From Chloroflexota bacterium (GTDB taxonomy: Bacteria; Chloroflexota; UBA11872; VXOZ01): DNA of 64,000 nt. This document shows positions 62,554 to 64,000 of this stretch, one piece after another. The translations under genes were made by a program, and so were the position numbers. Location of the stretch: NCBI GenBank assembly GCA_963663275.1, contig OY760183.1, forward strand, positions 480,001 through 544,000. The letters run 5' to 3'. Each line of letters begins with the position of its first letter. Within the stretch, counting starts at the first letter, position 1. A model generated the notes under the pieces. The model made no database searches and was not told the DNA's origin. It saw only the letters and a list, made by a program, of their open reading frames with translations.

Positions 62554-63756
62554 ATGACAATCACACTCGACGACTACCGCTACATCGGCGCGGAACTCGG
62601 CCGCTACATCGCGGCGCGCGTGCCCGGCCTCGACGCGGCGGTCTATTGCAAGCACCACCTGGGCACGCTCACGCCCGGCTTCAGCGATCACGACCTCCGT
62701 ACCGTGGCGGACGCCCCCGACGCCGAAACCTGGCTGGCGTTGAGCCGGGCCGGCGGTGAATCGTACGTGGAACTGCTGGAACAGGCTCCCCACTACGCCC
62801 GCATTCTGGAGCACCCGCCGGGCTTCATCTGCTCGCCGGACGAGGCGCAACAACTCTTGCCGCTCATGGGCGAGGTGCGCGATTGGCAGCGTATCGGCGG
62901 CGCGGCGAATGCGCTGGACGACGTGCTGGCAAATCAGCCGCCGCAGCTTACGCCGGCGCAGCAACATGAAGCCTGCGGCAAGTTCTCGATATATCTGAAG
63001 CCGCGTGGGGAGCAGTTCGACCCGCCCATCAACCTGCTGCCGGAGTATCTGCCGTATTACCCCGTCTACGGCGCGCTCTCCCACTGGTTCCTGCCGGCGG
63101 CCAAGCTGGCCTGCGGCCTGCTGCGCGACGCCTGGGTGCCCACCAAACCGGGGGCGCTGCCGTTCCTGCCGGCAGTGCTTGGTTCCCGGCCGTTGTTCGA
63201 CCGCCTGCACGCCATCGTGGACGCGGAATACCGCGTGCGCATGACCGACGCCGCGTGCGCCGCCCTGGCCGACGAACTGTTGGCGGTGGTCTACGAACTG
63301 CGCGACAAGGTGTCGGCGTATTGCGCACAACTTCCCCAGCCAACGCCCGCAACGGCGGCCCGCCAGCAGCGGCTGCGCTACGCGCTCCAGGCGCTGGCCG
63401 GCATTCGCGGACGTTTCGGCATTGCGGTCTTCTTCCGCCACGCTCGGCCCGACCTCTTCGACGGCGAATGGCTGCGCATGCACCTGGGCGAGGAAATCGA
63501 AGCCCTGAGCACCCAGTTCTTCCAGGCGCTTAGCGACGATGCGAGCGCCGGTGAGGGCACGGTCGCGCACCGGCTTGGCGGCGTTCTTGATCCTTCTGCC
63601 GCGCGCATCGTGGAAAACCTCTACGCCGCGATCACGCCCCACGACGACATGAACGACGCCCGGCTCGACGCGCTGATGGCCGTCTGGCCCGAGTACGCCG
63701 CGCTGGTGGAAGAGGAATACCGCGCCAAGATTGCCCCGCTGTGGGATGAAGATTGA
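62554..63756 (+). CDS. Hypothetical protein, possible Pol-beta-type nucleotidyltransferase fold
   Basis: LGTLTPGFSDHDLR resembles the PG.SDxD metal-binding motif. Confidence 0.5.
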   Translation: MTITLDDYRYIGAELGRYIAARVPGLDAAVYCKHHLGTLTPGFSDHDLRTVADAPDAETWLALSRAGGESYVELLEQAPHYARILEHPPGFICSPDEAQQLLPLMGEVRDWQRIGGAANALDDVLANQPPQLTPAQQHEACGKFSIYLKPRGEQFDPPINLLPEYLPYYPVYGALSHWFLPAAKLACGLLRDAWVPTKPGALPFLPAVLGSRPLFDRLHAIVDAEYRVRMTDAACAALADELLAVVYELRDKVSAYCAQLPQPTPATAARQQRLRYALQALAGIRGRFGIAVFFRHARPDLFDGEWLRMHLGEEIEALSTQFFQALSDDASAGEGTVAHRLGGVLDPSAARIVENLYAAITPHDDMNDARLDALMAVWPEYAALVEEEYRAKIAPLWDED

Positions 63757-64000
63757 ACCTCAACGGCGCCGCCTCCCGCGCAACGGATTCTTAGTCACTG
63801 GCGTGTGGGGTCTTCGGCTTTCGCTCCGTGCCGTTCACCCTTCGACGCTGCTCAGGGCGAACGGCGCGTAGTAGGTTTTTGCGCGCCCATGCTCACGCGC
63901 CCATGCCCTCGTGCCCATCCTCACGCGCCTCTTATCCGGTAGCGCAGGTTTGTAACCTGCGCGGCGCGCAAGCGCACGTGGTTTTCCTGCCAAGAAGCGA

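Overview
A GC-rich bacterial chromosomal window. The radA-ispD-ispF-cysE-cysS order, the gatC-gatA-aminotransferase-gatB order and the Tat-lipoprotein solute-binding proteins suggest a Terrabacteria member, possibly Chloroflexota (inference only). It carries housekeeping genes (cysS, cysE, ispDF, radA, gatCAB, gdhA, uvrC, pyrF, putP) and many catabolic enzymes. Intergenic spaces are packed with REP-like palindromes, nested MITEs and short tandem duplications. The main finding is a compact protein-tagging operon, dop-like / pup-like / pafA-like (48051->44678). Its 78-aa GGE-ending modifier differs from both canonical Pup and UBact, its ligase has an apparent ~45-aa insertion, and no ARC/Mpa ATPase or 20S proteasome genes lie in the window. 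Two NIF3-like paralogues are transcribed divergently from the operon. About 5.5 kb away sits a lower-GC orphan proteasome-beta-like (Thr1/Asp17) protease with a small overlapping ORF. Start codons were re-picked from RBS context where the ORF track over-extends. All family assignments come from motif recognition by eye; no searches were run.
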